Source of the DNA: Macrostomum lignano
Taxonomy: Eukaryota
DNA length: 64,000 nt
Reading direction: 5' to 3'
Assembly (NCBI GenBank): GCA_002269645.1
Contig: NIVC01000056.1
Coordinates: forward strand, 1-64,000
Part shown: piece after piece, positions 1 to 22,400 of the stretch
How the letters are laid out: each line of letters starts with the position of its first letter
How positions within the stretch are numbered: position 1 is the first letter of the stretch
Position numbers and translations under genes: made by a program
The notes under the pieces: generated by a model
The model's input: the letters and a program-made list of their open reading frames with translations, nothing else
Database searches by the model: none
Told to the model about the DNA's origin: nothing

Positions 1-426
1 TTTTAAAGATTTTTATCTCAGCTTTTTTCCACTTTTTATTCTCCGGATTGAGTTTTGTGATTTTTATTAATATTATAATATATCTTCTTATTCTATCTTG
101 GCTACTACAGTGCATAAGCAGCCTTGGTCCCTAAGTCCATGCACCCCATGACAGCTTTATCCTAAATGTTTATTTTTATCAATTCCAAATATTATTTTAC
201 ACCTATATAAAATGCATGTCGCGTGTTGACAACTTTTTTATTATCATATCTGTGACAAGCAATATCCGTGAGTGCAAGAAATACATTGTGTGCACTATTT
301 TAGACGCTTAAGTCTCCTTGAAGTCTTATTTATTGATGTTTAACTCTTTTAAAAATGATTCCATGGATTTCTGATAGCTTTATTTATTTAATAGTGGCTT
401 GTGATGAGTCTTCACCACATTTTGTG

Positions 427-790
427 CTCAAAGTGGCGCGCCCCTGATACCCAAAGTGGCGCCCTGATACTCAACTTGGCGCCCCTGATACTCAAAGTGG
501 CGCTTCGATACTCAAGTGGCGCCCCTGATACTCAAAGTGGCGCCCCTGATACTCAAAGTGGCGCCCTGATACTTAAAGTGGCGCCCCTGACATTCAAAGT
601 GGCGCCCCTGATACTCAAAGTGGCGCCCCTGATACTCAAAGTGGCGCTTCGATACTCAAAGTGGCGCCCCTGATACTCAAAGTGGCCCCCTGATACTCAA
701 AGTGGCGCCCCTGATACTCAAAGTGGCGCTTCGATACTCAAAGTGGCGCCCCTGATACTCAAAGTGGCCCCCTGATACTCAAAGTGGCGT
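427..790. repeat. 21-bp minisatellite (AAAGTGGCGCCCCTGATACTC)n, about 17 copies
   Basis: Tandem unit read directly; explains ORF 401..673. Confidence 0.95.
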
Positions 791-1612
791 CCTCAAGCAA
801 GTTTTCTTCAACCGCTTTCAACCCAGCAAAAAAGCACACGGCCAAAACTCTGTGCGGTCAGTTTGGCTTGTGAAAAATGAGCTCATCGTATTAGTAAAAA
901 ATTGAATATTCCGTCAGCAGTGTATTATAATAAATTTGAAAAAGCGGGCGTTTTTCGAAAAATATCACAAATATTTGTTAATATTTGTCATGCAACAGCA
1001 GAAAGCGACTGGGACAGTGGCAGTATAAAAAAGAGAAACAACGCTAAATTAAAAAAACTACTCCAACACTCTTTTTCTTTCGTTTGAGATGTAAAAAATC
1101 TATGAAAAAAGTAGCAAAATACGAAGCACAAAGTCACATTTTGATTTTGTTTAACTGTTCTGTTATTTTTAAGCGTGTCGAAGAGCATTGAACAAAGTAA
1201 AAAGCGAATTTTATCAAGGTACGAAAAGTGTTGAATAAAAACATATTGATCAGTAAGCGAAAACTCAGTCAGAAAACACGCAAGGTGGAACGCTGATTTA
1301 CAAAATAATCACCTTCGAGTAAAGTTGCAGATAGTTAAATTTGACAAAAGTTGAGTAATTCACTTAAATTTAACCGTTTCTAGATGTGTCACTTGCGAAA
1401 TATATATATTTGCTTGTCTGCTTAATTTATTCAGTAGTATGATTAGCATTTTTCGCACTTTAGCATCCCCAACAACAGATCGATAATTTTCCATCTTCAC
1501 TTTGAAAACCAACGAAAAACGCTAATTTAGCTACTGATAGTAGAACAAACGCATTTTTCTAGTTAGCTTTGCCCAGTATATCAAGCAAAACAGAAGAAGA
1601 TACAGCGATTCA

Positions 1613-10407
<8,795 letters not shown>

Positions 10408-11605
10408 ATTATTGCAGCATGTATCCTATAAACTGCATGTAGCACGTCGGAAAATTAAACGAAATTAAAATATTTAAAGATCACTAGTTACATCAACTTC
10501 AAAACAGATTTTAGACTTAGCAACATAAGAAAACATAAAAACAACTTAAACTTGGTTTATTTGTAATAAAAGCTGTAGTTTATTAAATTTGTGTAAGCAA
10601 TTAGAGAATTTTGTTTCACTGATCTAGTTCTTTAGAATTAGTGGCAGAAATTTAAAATTAATTTTCTTCTCGTTTTTTATTATTACTAATTAACTTGATC
10701 TGAACGTTTTTTCGCATTTGTGTTTCTAATTTGACATTTTTCTCCATTCCTACTTCATTTCGCGGCAGTTTTTTGAAGCAAGTGTGCTTGTCAGCTTCTG
10801 AAGTGTGCTTCTTCTATTTGTATCTTGTACACTTTTGATTTTTTGGAAGTCTTAAGTCAAAATTTACTATATTTTAATCCCAGATTAAACTACTTTATTT
10901 TAGTATAACTGTCGAAGTGAGTTCTGTGATAATAGCCCTAGTATGAATAGGCCTAGGCCTTACCCCTTGTATCGTATGCTTGACTGACAATATTGGCATA
11001 ACATCGGTTTGTTGCTCTATTTTTTTCTCTGAATTATTCAGGCATTAATATTTTTGGTATTCTAAATTATTTTTTGGCATTTCCAAATTTGCAATATAGC
11101 AATCTGCTTTACTTTCTTGCTTCAAACTATTAAGGCCTACGCTGCCATTTTTGGACTGATAGTTTAAATACTCTGGAAAGTAATTTTCAGCAGGAAACCA
11201 AAGTTATGCCACAATATTCTGTTAATTTTTTATAGGGCCTATTTTAAATTTTGCAATGCCATTTATATTTTTAGTATTTATTTATTTTAGTATATCTAAT
11301 TTAGTATTTTAATCAATAATATACAAGCTTATATTTGCATACTAAACTCATGTGCTTTCAATTAGGATAGGCCTAATACCAATGCAATGGTTTGGGTCTT
11401 AACTAGGCCCTAATTTCTTGGCAATGGTTTTGATCATTTATTTTAAATGAATTTATTTTTGTCGCCTAGGCCTATGGCCCTTCTTTGCCTTGGCTTTTGA
11501 GAAAAATAATTGAAAAAATAAGTTAGGTGAATTATTTTCTTTTTATTTAACTCTTAAATATAATTTGTAAGATTTTTAAATTTTACAAGATAAATATATG
11601 CTAAG

Positions 11606-13113
11606 GGGCATTTCCGCCAAATAGGGACACAAATTGTGTCCGAGTGTGCAAAGAAGAAGAAAAATGTTGAAAACAGGAAATCTAACTAGAATTTGTTATT
11701 AAATTTCTTTTTTTATCTTGTAGAAGCACAAGAAATTTTCTGGTAACAATAAAAGTTGCCGATAAAAGTTATACTGATCTAAGAAGACGATTAATACCGT
11801 AGGAGAATAAAATTTTATATTGAGGCGTAATTGCTTGCTTATAATTAACTTTCTTTCAGTCAATAATTTTTTAATTGTTTCTTAATGCTTTTAATCAACT
11901 TTTTAATTCAGATTTTGTTATTTTTGCGCATAAGTTCATACAATATTTTTTAACTTTGTCAAAATGTTTTTTTCTGCGCGATATACCGAACGTAAATCTC
12001 TAATTTTACTTTTCAGTAACTAGCCGATCACCGTAATTATTCAGAAGTTCCAGTGCAACTTTGCAAGCAGCAAGAAATGCATATGCTTCTACAATCTAGA
12101 GAAAGTTTTTCTGAAGCAATATTACAAATAAATGTGGGGAAAATTGATTTAATACTATGTAAATTACTATCTACATACTATAGTGCAAAATGTAAATTAC
12201 ATTTTTATTGATAAATAAACAAGAAATTAATGTGAAACTGTTTTATTTTCCAGCTTTTATACCTAATGATAGTCTTGTAAGACTGATTTTGAGAAAAAAA
12301 CTAGCAAAAATAAAATAAAGGGTACAACATGAAAATACATCTCGTGTAAGTAGTGTGCTTACTACATTTAAATGTTAATATTTAAGGTATTTTGACAGAT
12401 TACAGTTCAGCAGACCACTTTTTGTGAAGCTCTGTATGTCGGCAATCCATAAATATATTGTTTTCAGCTGATAAAAAGCACTAAAAAAATTATTGGGTAC
12501 AACATGAGTACAATCTTGTGGTTAAGATGTCACATCGAAAAAAAATCAATGTCTTAGAAAAATGTATTAAGCAAATTCTATTGCTAAAAAATATACTGAT
12601 ACATCATCGCAAAGATGTTTTCCTTCATTTAAGCTAAAAAACGTGAAGATTGAAAGCCTTATGAGTAAATGAGAGGGTACAACATGAGTACAAATGATGC
12701 AAAAACTTACCGTTTATACTTTTTGGTATAGCAAGAAAACTGATAAAAATCAATGACTTCTTGCAGGTTTTGTGACGAAAAGGAATGATTTTAACAAAGT
12801 TTAATGTGTTTTTTTCATGAAACAAAGAGAATTACTATAAAGAATGTTTTCTTCGCTCTTTTATTCAATGTTGAAGTTAAAAATTGTGTGTTTGGACATC
12901 CAAAAAAGTGGCGTCTACGTAAGTTTAAAATGGTTTTTCAACATTAATTTTGCCGATTAACAATCTTCAAATAGCTTTAAATTGAGCAAAAGTGGTTGTA
13001 TTTTTCAGTTTAAGTCCTTGTTTGACTTCAATTAGCTGGCTTAAGCTACAATTCATCATTTTCTGTTTGTTGAAGTGTAATTTTCCGATAGTGCCTAATT
13101 GGCGGAAATGCCC
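11606..13113. mobile_element. Non-autonomous DNA transposon, PIF/Harbinger-like TIRs
   Basis: Left end GGGCATTTCCGCCAAATAGG at 11606; right end CCTAATTGGCGGAAATGCCC ending 13113 (15 bp perfect, ~20 bp near-perfect); TAAG flanks both ends; AT-rich interior with no long ORF. Confidence 0.7.
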
Positions 13114-15491
13114 TAAGATTCCTAATAATAAAAGGCAAAATAAATAAAGGCTACTCAATAAGTTTCTAAGAAAAACTATTTTAATATATCATACTAGCAT
13201 AAAATTTTATCAGTAGTCAAATATAGATCTTAACATTTCTCAAAATATCTATCATTGCAATCCTAGCACTTTTTCATCTTGTCAAACTATGCAAAAAACA
13301 TGCCAACATGCCCCCAAATGGTCTCTATTGATCTTTGCTAGTTTTTCTTCTATTATATTTAGTAGTTTTTCCTAGGATTAAAATTTTTCTCTTTTAAGTT
13401 CTATTTGATTTTTGAAAATAGAAAAAAATTCCAATGTTAAATCAGGTGAATATGGCAGATACAGCAGTAGTATCAGGTTTGTTGCTGACAAAAACTTTGA
13501 CATCACTTGGGCCTTATGTGCCAATGCATTGTTATAGTCCAGGATAAAAGCAAAACTAAAATTTGGAATTAGGGATTCAATATAGACAATTTAACAATGG
13601 CATAATGGCAAAAAATGTTTATGCCATTTTTAATTTTGTTATGTCATGGGATGCCTATGATAAAAAAACCTAGTGTAGCACTCTGCTATCATTGTGGCAC
13701 TCTTATCTAGTATCACAGGTGGTAGAATCCTACAAAAATGAAATAAAACTGTGATTATCACTTTTCTAATGTTGTATTGTTGCAAATTTCACTGGTACTT
13801 CTTTACTATTAGCAACCTATTAATGGCTCTGAGCTTTAGTTTTTAGATTATAAAAGTAGATCTAGGTTTTGCTAGATACTAGCAGAGAGGCTCTTGCATT
13901 GAACTAATGCAACATAGACTGGTAGAAACTGACTCGGGTTACATTGTGTTAGTCAGTTAGCTGATAGCATATCTCTCTTGCATACAGCTTGCATATGCCA
14001 AGTGGATTATGTAGAATGGAATTTATAGTGCCATCTAACATCCTATATTCTACATACATGCGCAACCTCCAAAATTCGGTTGGCCGTGCAACTTAGTTTT
14101 AACAAAAATGCGACAGTTTTTGGCCAAAAATGCGACTTACATGTAAAAAAAGTCCTAAATCAAAATTAATGCAACTTTGGGTAAACAGCAGGAGTTACTA
14201 TGACTATCTTATAAGGGCTAAATGCCTCGTCATCTAATTAGTACTACATCTGTATTCTTTGGGGTGGGCATTTTTGCGACTTACCCCTGGTCCACCACAA
14301 TTTACGGTGGCCAGATTGGCCAGGTCGGCCAGCAGTTGCGCATGTATGTATATTCTATACAAGCTTATGGTCATATATATCTTTGTCAAGCAGAGGCCTC
14401 ATAGCAGCCATAGTTGTAGGCCTAATAGCCAAAATTAGACATATTTTATGCAGACCAGTTTGAAAAAAAAACTCTTATATATTTGTACCCAATACTATAG
14501 CTTGGGGCTTCACTTTACTTCACTGTTTAAAGCATTAGCAAGTGCTATTTTAGAGAATTTCTTAGGCAGAAAAGCAGTAATAATATGGCTCTTTTGTTAC
14601 ACTGGGTCAGACTTAGGGATGGGTCCTAGTTCTCATCAATCTGGAATCTCTTGTAAGTGAACATGGCAATGTAGCAAGCTGAAATTCTAGGCATAATGTC
14701 TCAATATATTTCTCCATCAGGTCCTAAAAATTCTTCTAAAATGCCTAGAACTATGTTTTTTTCTAGTAACTTATTGAATAACCCTTATATACATGAATAG
14801 ATAATAGAAAAACTATTGCCATTGCATTTATTATCATTACAAGTCATGGAATTTTTTATTCAATAAATCAGTTATAGATAGGCTATAGGAAAAAAAATTA
14901 GATATTGCTACAGATATAGATATAGGAAAATTTTTGTTTTGATCACAGATACTAGAGTAACTAGATGGGCCACTCAGAACATTTGTATAAACTACTTCTA
15001 GTTCAGTAGTAAGTTAAACAGAAGCATTTTAATGTATTTTTTAAACTTATGGCGTATTTATTTGAATCCTTACCTTGTATCCCCCAGCTTAAACTCCCCA
15101 ACCATGCCTTTCTGTACTACCCTTGCCTGAATACATGTTTTGCCTTTCTCAGAATTCAACTGTAAAGCTGCCATGTACATTTCAGTAGACTAGCTAATGT
15201 ACATTATTGCTGAACCAATTAGCAAGTTTTTTACACTTACAAGCTTGAGCATCTAAACTTATCAAAGTCATTTCAGCTGCCTTTATTTTTATACTTCTTT
15301 GTTGCTACTAAACTAAAAATAAAAAGCTTTTTTACTAAGTATATAAGTCTGAGTGGCCCATTAGTTATTTTAGTATCTATGTTTAGGATAGAACTTTAAA
15401 TAAGATAATAGTAATTTAATTATGCCCTTGAAACCAAAATGTTTATTTTATTGGATTTTTAGAAAACTTAAACATTAGTTACAATTAAAAC

Positions 15492-15700
15492 TTAGATATC
15501 TTACAATTCATGCTTGGGTGCAACCTAGAGATTCATGCGGCTGTTTCTATTGGCAACACACACACATGTAAGTTGCTATTGGATAGAATAGTAGTCACAT
15601 GGCTCTCAGCCAATAGCGACTTACATGTGTGTGTTGCCAATAGAAACAGCCACGTGAATCTCTAGGTTGCGCCCAAGCATGAATCTTAAGGTATCTCTAA
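15492..15700. repeat. Long palindrome with ~90-bp arms and a ~27-bp loop (MITE-like or hairpin)
   Basis: ATTCATGCTTGGGTGCAACCTAGAGATTCA...GCTATTGG is mirrored by CCAATAGC...TGAATCTCTAGGTTGCGCCCAAGCATGAAT. Confidence 0.85.
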
Positions 15701-16414
15701 CTTTGGATTTAGGAGGTATGGCCACTATAAAGTTATATAAAATCATACAAAGTTAGGATGCTAAATATAACTTATGCTATGTATTAGTAATCTGTAAGCA
15801 GTAGAAAAAAAGAAAAGAATGAAAGCAGAAATCTGCTTTTCATTCTAATAGCCAAATAAATATGGTAATTGTTATATGGAGTTCAAAGGTTTTTTCACTA
15901 AAATGGCCATTTAAATTAGCCTTTTGTGTTTTAAACTTTTTTGTATTTTGCAACCTTTAGATTCATTTTGATTGATATACCGTAATCATTTGGGAATTTG
16001 AGTTTTTTTGCTATTGTGAATTGAAATAAAAGTTAAACAAATATAATGAGAGAAAAAATGAATGACAATGTATTTATTTTGTTTATATTTCTACAGTTAT
16101 ATTATTGTAAATTAGATTTTGCTCAATATATAATCTATTTATTACTATCTTCAGTTGGGACAGACTTGTGAAAATCTTTATTGATGCCAGTCTAATTTTT
16201 GTTTAAATGGAAAATTGAGTGCATAATTTTTCAAAAATTAGTCAATTGCTTATCATGCATGCTCTGTCTGGTCCATCTGCAACGCGTCTTCTTCAATCGC
16301 AAATTCTTCTGCTTGCAGAAGAACCGATTCCAACTGTTTTCTTGCTTATCTTCCTCCACTCGAAACTGTTTTGCTTCTCAGTCTCGCTAATCCGCACTGG
16401 ATAACTCTGTCACC

Positions 16415-19400
16415 ATGGCCGAGAACGGGGCAGCCACGCGCCGCCGGGTCAAGCTGTACATGCTCAACGAGGAGCGCCAGTGGGATGACAAAGGCACCGG
16501 CCACGTGAGCTCCGTGTTCGTCGAGTCCCTGAACGGCATCGCCCTGCTGGTGGTGTCCGAGGCGGACGGCTCCACCCTGCTGGAGTCGCGAATCCAGCCG
16601 GACACGGCCTACCAGAAGCAGCAGGAGACGCTCATAGTCTGGTCGGAGGCCGAGTCCATGGACCTGGCCTTGAGCTTCCAAGAGAAGGACGGCTGCGACG
16701 AGATCTGGGGCAAGATCTGCTCAGTGCAGGGCAAGGACCCGTCCGTGGAGATCACCCAAGACGTGGTTGACGAGGACAACCCGGAGGAGGGCGACGACAC
16801 TGAGAGCGAGACCGGGTCCGCCTGCGGCCAGCCGCCAGCCACTGACAGCCTTGTGCTGCCGCCCTGCGAGCTGTCCTGGCTTGGTGACCTGGTGAAGGTG
16901 GTCACCTCGCCCTCTGTGCTGTCCATTGTTGGCAAGCGTGAGCGCCTGGTCGGATCGCTGCTCAGGCAGGGCTACCTGCGGCGTGTCTGCACAGATCTGT
17001 TTAGACAGGTGAGGGATCGGTGCATGTAGTTGCTTTGGGATGGGCTTTGAATAGAGGCATAATTCGAGGTCAGGATGCGCTTTCTAGGATCGCTGTATTG
17101 GTTATGACTGGCTTTGGGATCTATATAGTCAATCAAGAGTGGCTATCTGATGGTTAAATGCCCGTCTTAGGGGATTTCTGAACGATAAATGCCCCGTTTT
17201 TTCGGGATCTCTGAATGTTAATGTTGTTTTTTGGGATTTCTGAAGGTTAAATATCGTCTTGGGCACTTCTGAAGGTTAAATATCGTCTTAGGCACTTCTG
17301 AAGGTTAAATATCGTCTTGGGCACTTCTGAAGGTTAAATATCGTCTTAGGCACTTCTAAAGGTTAAATATCGTCTTAGAGACTTCTGAAGGTTAAATATC
17401 GTCTTAGGGACTTCTGAAGGTTAAATATCGTCTTAGGGACTTCTGAACGTTAAATAACGTCTTAGGGACTTCTTAAGGTTAAATATCGTCTTAGGCACTT
17501 CTGAAGGTTAAATATCGTCTTAGGGACTTCTGAAGGTTAAATATCGTCTTAGGGACTTCTGAAGGTTAAATATCGTCTTGGGCACTTCTGAAGGTTAAAT
17601 ATCGTCTTAGAGGATTTCTGAAGGTTAAATATCGTCTTAGGGGATTTCTGAAGGTTAAATATCGTCTTAGGGGATTTCTGAAGGTTAAATATCGTCTTAG
17701 GGGATTTCTGAAGGTTAAATATCGTCTTAGGGGATTTCTGAAGGTTAAACATCGTCTTAGGGGATTTTTGAAGGTCAAATTTAGTTTTCTGCGATTTTAA
17801 AAGGTCCAAGTGTAGTTTCTGGGGAATTTCTGAAGTTTATGAGTGGCTTTTAGGATTTCCAAGAAACGTGGATTCTGGATTTAAAAGCATTCCTATCTCC
17901 ATCACTCCCCTCCTTCCCCAGGCCGAGGAGGCGGACGATCGCAAGAGCCTCGGCCAGCTGCACGAGGTGATCAGGAACATCTTCTACCTCAACAACAAGT
18001 CCGTATTCGAGGTGATGTTCGCAGATGACGTCATCCTTGACGTCATCGGCATTCTGGAGTACGACCCGGCCAAGCCGGTCAAGGCCAATCACAGGGAGTT
18101 TCTGCTCAATCGGTCGCGTCATTGCGAAGTCCTGCCAATCCAGAAGGCCGACCTTCGCTCTAAGATCCATCAGACCTTCCGGGTGCAGTACATCCAGGAC
18201 TGCATCCTGCCAACGCCCAGCATGTTCGATGACAACCAGTTCTCTGAGCTGTCCTCATTCCTGTTCGTCAACAAGGTCAGCATACTTAACGACATCAACA
18301 ACGACGACAAGCTCATGACTATGCTGTTCGCCTGCCTTCGCGACAAGTCAAACAGCGCTGAACGCCGCTTGGAGCTGACCATGTTTCTCAAGGAGCTCTG
18401 CAATTTCTCCTGTCTGCTTGAGCCGCCCGAGAAGGACCTGTTCTTCAAGAGTCTCATGCAGCATCAGGCCTTGGACTGCCTCACCCCGCTGTACTCGAAA
18501 TCCTGCACTCAGCTTCGCTCCGCCCTCACCGACATCCTGTTTGCATTTGTTGACCACTCGCCTGTGCTGCTGCGCGACCACATGCTGAAGGAGACTAGCC
18601 AGGACAATCACCAGCTGCTCATCAATGTGCTCATCCAGCAGATGTGCTCAGATCCCGACCCGGAGATGGGCGACGCGTTGAGATTAGCTGGCTTGATTCG
18701 AATACTGGTTGATCCTGAGTCTATGCTCACCAACAGCCAGCCGTCCAATGTGAGTCACTTTTACTGATGTCACAATCTCCCACCAGAATCTCCCATAAAC
18801 AGCCACCAGAATCTCCCAAAGACAGCCACCAGAATCTCCCATAAAGAGCCACCAGAATCTCCCATAAACAGCCGTCAGAATCTCCCATAAAGAGCCACCA
18901 AAATCTCCCATAAACAGCCATTAGAATCTCCCATAAACAGCCGTCAGAATCTCCCATAAACAGCCACAAGAACCTCCCACCAGAATCTCCCATAAACAGC
19001 CGTCAGAAGCTCCCATAAACAGCCATCAGAATCTCCCATAAACAGCCATCAGAATCTCCCATAAACAGCCACCAGAATCTCCCATAAACAGCCATTAGAA
19101 TCTCCCATAAACAGCCGTCAGAATCTCCCATAAACAGCCGTCAGAATCTCCCATAAACAGCCATCAGAATCTCCCATAAACAGCCACCAGAATCTCCCAT
19201 AAAGAGCCACCAAAATCTCCCATAAACAGCCATTAGAATCTCCCATAAACAGCCGTCAGAATCTCCCATAAACAGCCACCAGAACCTCCCACCAGAATCT
19301 CCCATAAACAGCCGTCAGAAGCTCCCATAAACAGCCATCAGAATCTTCCATAAACAGCCATCAGAATCTCCCATAAACAGCCACCAGAATCTCCCATAAA

Positions 19401-22400
19401 CAGCCGTCAGAATCTCCCATAAACAGCCGTCAGAATCTCCCATAAACAGCCATCAGAATCTCCCATAAACAGCCACCAGAATCTCCCATAAACAGCCATC
19501 AGAATCTCCCATAAACAGCCACCAGAATCTCCCATAAACAGCCATCAGAATCTCCCATAAACAGCCATCAGAATCTCCCATAAACAGCCATCAGAATCTC
19601 CCATAAACAGCCATCAGAATCTCCCATAAACAGCCACCAGAATCTCCCATAAACAGCCACCAGAATCTCCCATAAACAGCCATCAGAATCTCCCATAAAC
19701 AGCCACCAGAATCTCCCATAAACAGCCGTCAGAATCTCCCATAAACAGCCACCAGAACCTCCCACCAGAATCTCCCATAAACAGCCGTCAGAAGCTCCCA
19801 TAAACAGCCATCAGAATCTCCCATAAACAGCCATCAGAATCTCCCATAAACAGCCACCAGAATCTCCCATAAACAGCCACCAGAATCTCCCATAAACAGC
19901 CACCAGAATCTCCCATAAACAGCCGTCAGAATATTCAATAAACAGCTGTCAGAATCTCCCATAAACAGCCATCAGAATCTCCCATAAACAGCCATCAGAA
20001 TCTCCCATAAACAGCCATCAGAATCTCCCATAAACAGCCATCAGAATCTCCCATAAACAGCCACCAAAATCTCCCATAAACAGCCACCAGAATCTCCCAT
20101 AAACAGCCATTAGAATCTCCCATAAACAGCCGTCAGAATCTCCCATAAACAGCCACCAGAACCTCCCACCAGAATCTCCCATAAACAGCCGTCAGAAGCT
20201 CCCATAAACAGCCATCAGAATCTCCCATAAACAGCCATCAGAATCTCCCATAAACAGCCACCAGAATCTCCCATAAACAGCCACCATAATCTCCCATAAA
20301 CAGCCACCAGAATCTCCCATAAACAGCCGTCAGAATATTCAATAAACAGCTGTCAGAATCTCCCATAAACAGCCGTCAGAATCTCCCATAAACAGCCACC
20401 AGAATCTCCCATAAACAGCCGTCAGAATCTCCCATAAACAGCCACCAGAATCTCCCATAAAGAGCCACCAGAATCTCCCATAAAGAGCCACCAGAATCTC
20501 CTATAAACAGCCGTCAGAATCTCCCATAAAATATGTGTTTCAAGCCTCTCAAAACATCTTCAAAATCGCAAAATTCAGGCTGTGACACAGATTGTGATGG
20601 GATTTTCTCTAATTTGTGCCGCCCCGGTAAAATATGACTCATATGAGTAATTATCCAGACCTGCTGGGTCCGCAACGCACCTGCGTTCATTTTCAACTTC
20701 CATAACCAACTTAGAAAAAATTGGTAAAAAAAGTGACCAGCTTAAACTGTTAGTCTTGCCTGCCTGGCCATGGAATTGGGTTCTGTAGTTTCCTGCTTTT
20801 TATTAACACCTGTGCTAGACTAGCAATCCATCCTACTCAATACTGACAGCTGTGCTAGACTAGACTAGCAATCCATCCTACTCAATACTGACAGCTGTGC
20901 TAGACTAGACTAGCAATCCATCCTACTCAATACTGACAGCTGTGCCAGACTAGACTAGCAATCCATCCTACTCAATACTGACACCTGTGCTAGACTAGCA
21001 ATCCATCCTACTCAATACTGACAGCTGTGCTAGACTAGCAATCCATCCTACTCAATACTGACAGCTGTGCTAGACTAGCAATCCATCCTGCTCAATACTG
21101 ACAGCTGTGCTAGACTAGACTAGCAATCCATCCTACTCAGTACTGACAGCTGTGCCAGACTAGACTAGCAATCCATCCTACTCAATACTGACAGCTGTGC
21201 CAGACTAGACTAGCAATCCATCCTACTCAATACTGACAGCTGTGCTAGACTAGACTAGCAATCCATCCTGCTCAATACTGACAGCTGTGCTAGACTAGAC
21301 TAGCAATCCATCCTACTCAATACTGACAGCTGTGCTAGACTAGCAATCCATCCTACTCAATACTGACAGCTGTGCTAGACTAGCAATCCATCCTCTCAAT
21401 ACTGACAGCTGTGCTAGACTAGCAATCCATCCTACTCAATACTGGCAGCTGTGCTAGACTAGGATTACTCATTCGCCCTTCAGATGTACCAGCGCAGCGC
21501 GGCTGAGAAGACGGAATTCCTTCGCTTCTTCTACCACCGAGCCATGCCCACGCTGTTGGAGCCGCTTTATTCCAACACGCACGATGAGGCGCCGCTGAAA
21601 GACGGCTATCGCTCTGCCCAGCTGCTGTACCACATCCTTGACCTGTTGGCTTTCTGCATTGAGCAGCACACCTATCACGTGAAGAACCTTGTGCTTGCCA
21701 AGGATCTCATCAGGCGAGTGCTGGTTCTGCTGCGGTCTCGCCACTCATTCCTGGTGCTGGGCGCGCTGAAGCTGTTCCGCCGAGTTGTGGGCCTGAAAGA
21801 CGAGTTTTACAACCGCTACCTGACCAAGAACGCCCTGTTCAGGCCAATCATAGCGCTGTTCATCCGCAACGGGCCTAGGTACAATCTAATTAATTCCGCA
21901 ATTATCGAACTGTTTGACTTCATCAGCACCGAGGGCATCCGGTCGCTGATTATTCACGTGACCGAGAATCACTGGGAGGCACTGCGCGAGGTCCAGTACG
22001 TCACCACATTCAGGGCTATGCGCCAGCGCTACGAGAGCTACCAGCAAACTGACCAGCTCAAGGACAAAGCTCGCGATGTTAAACGCAGTTCGCCTTCGGT
22101 TGACTTGTAAGTTCTCCTCTTAGCATCAATATGCATCTTATGAGAAATTAAGCATCCTAACCAATTTTTTAAAAAAGATTTTGCTTATCAATGATCGCCT
22201 CAGACATGCCTTCATCCCAATGCCTAGCCAGAATTTAGATACTTTTTTTATAATTTGCATCTGCTTTCTTTGGCACCGCTCTGCAAATGCACCCGACGCC
22301 CCCTGCCAGCAACTGCCGCAGCACAGACAGCCCCGGCTATCGGATGCACCTGAAGCGGGCCCGGGTCTGTGCCGATACATCGCCGGAACCCAGCAGCAGA

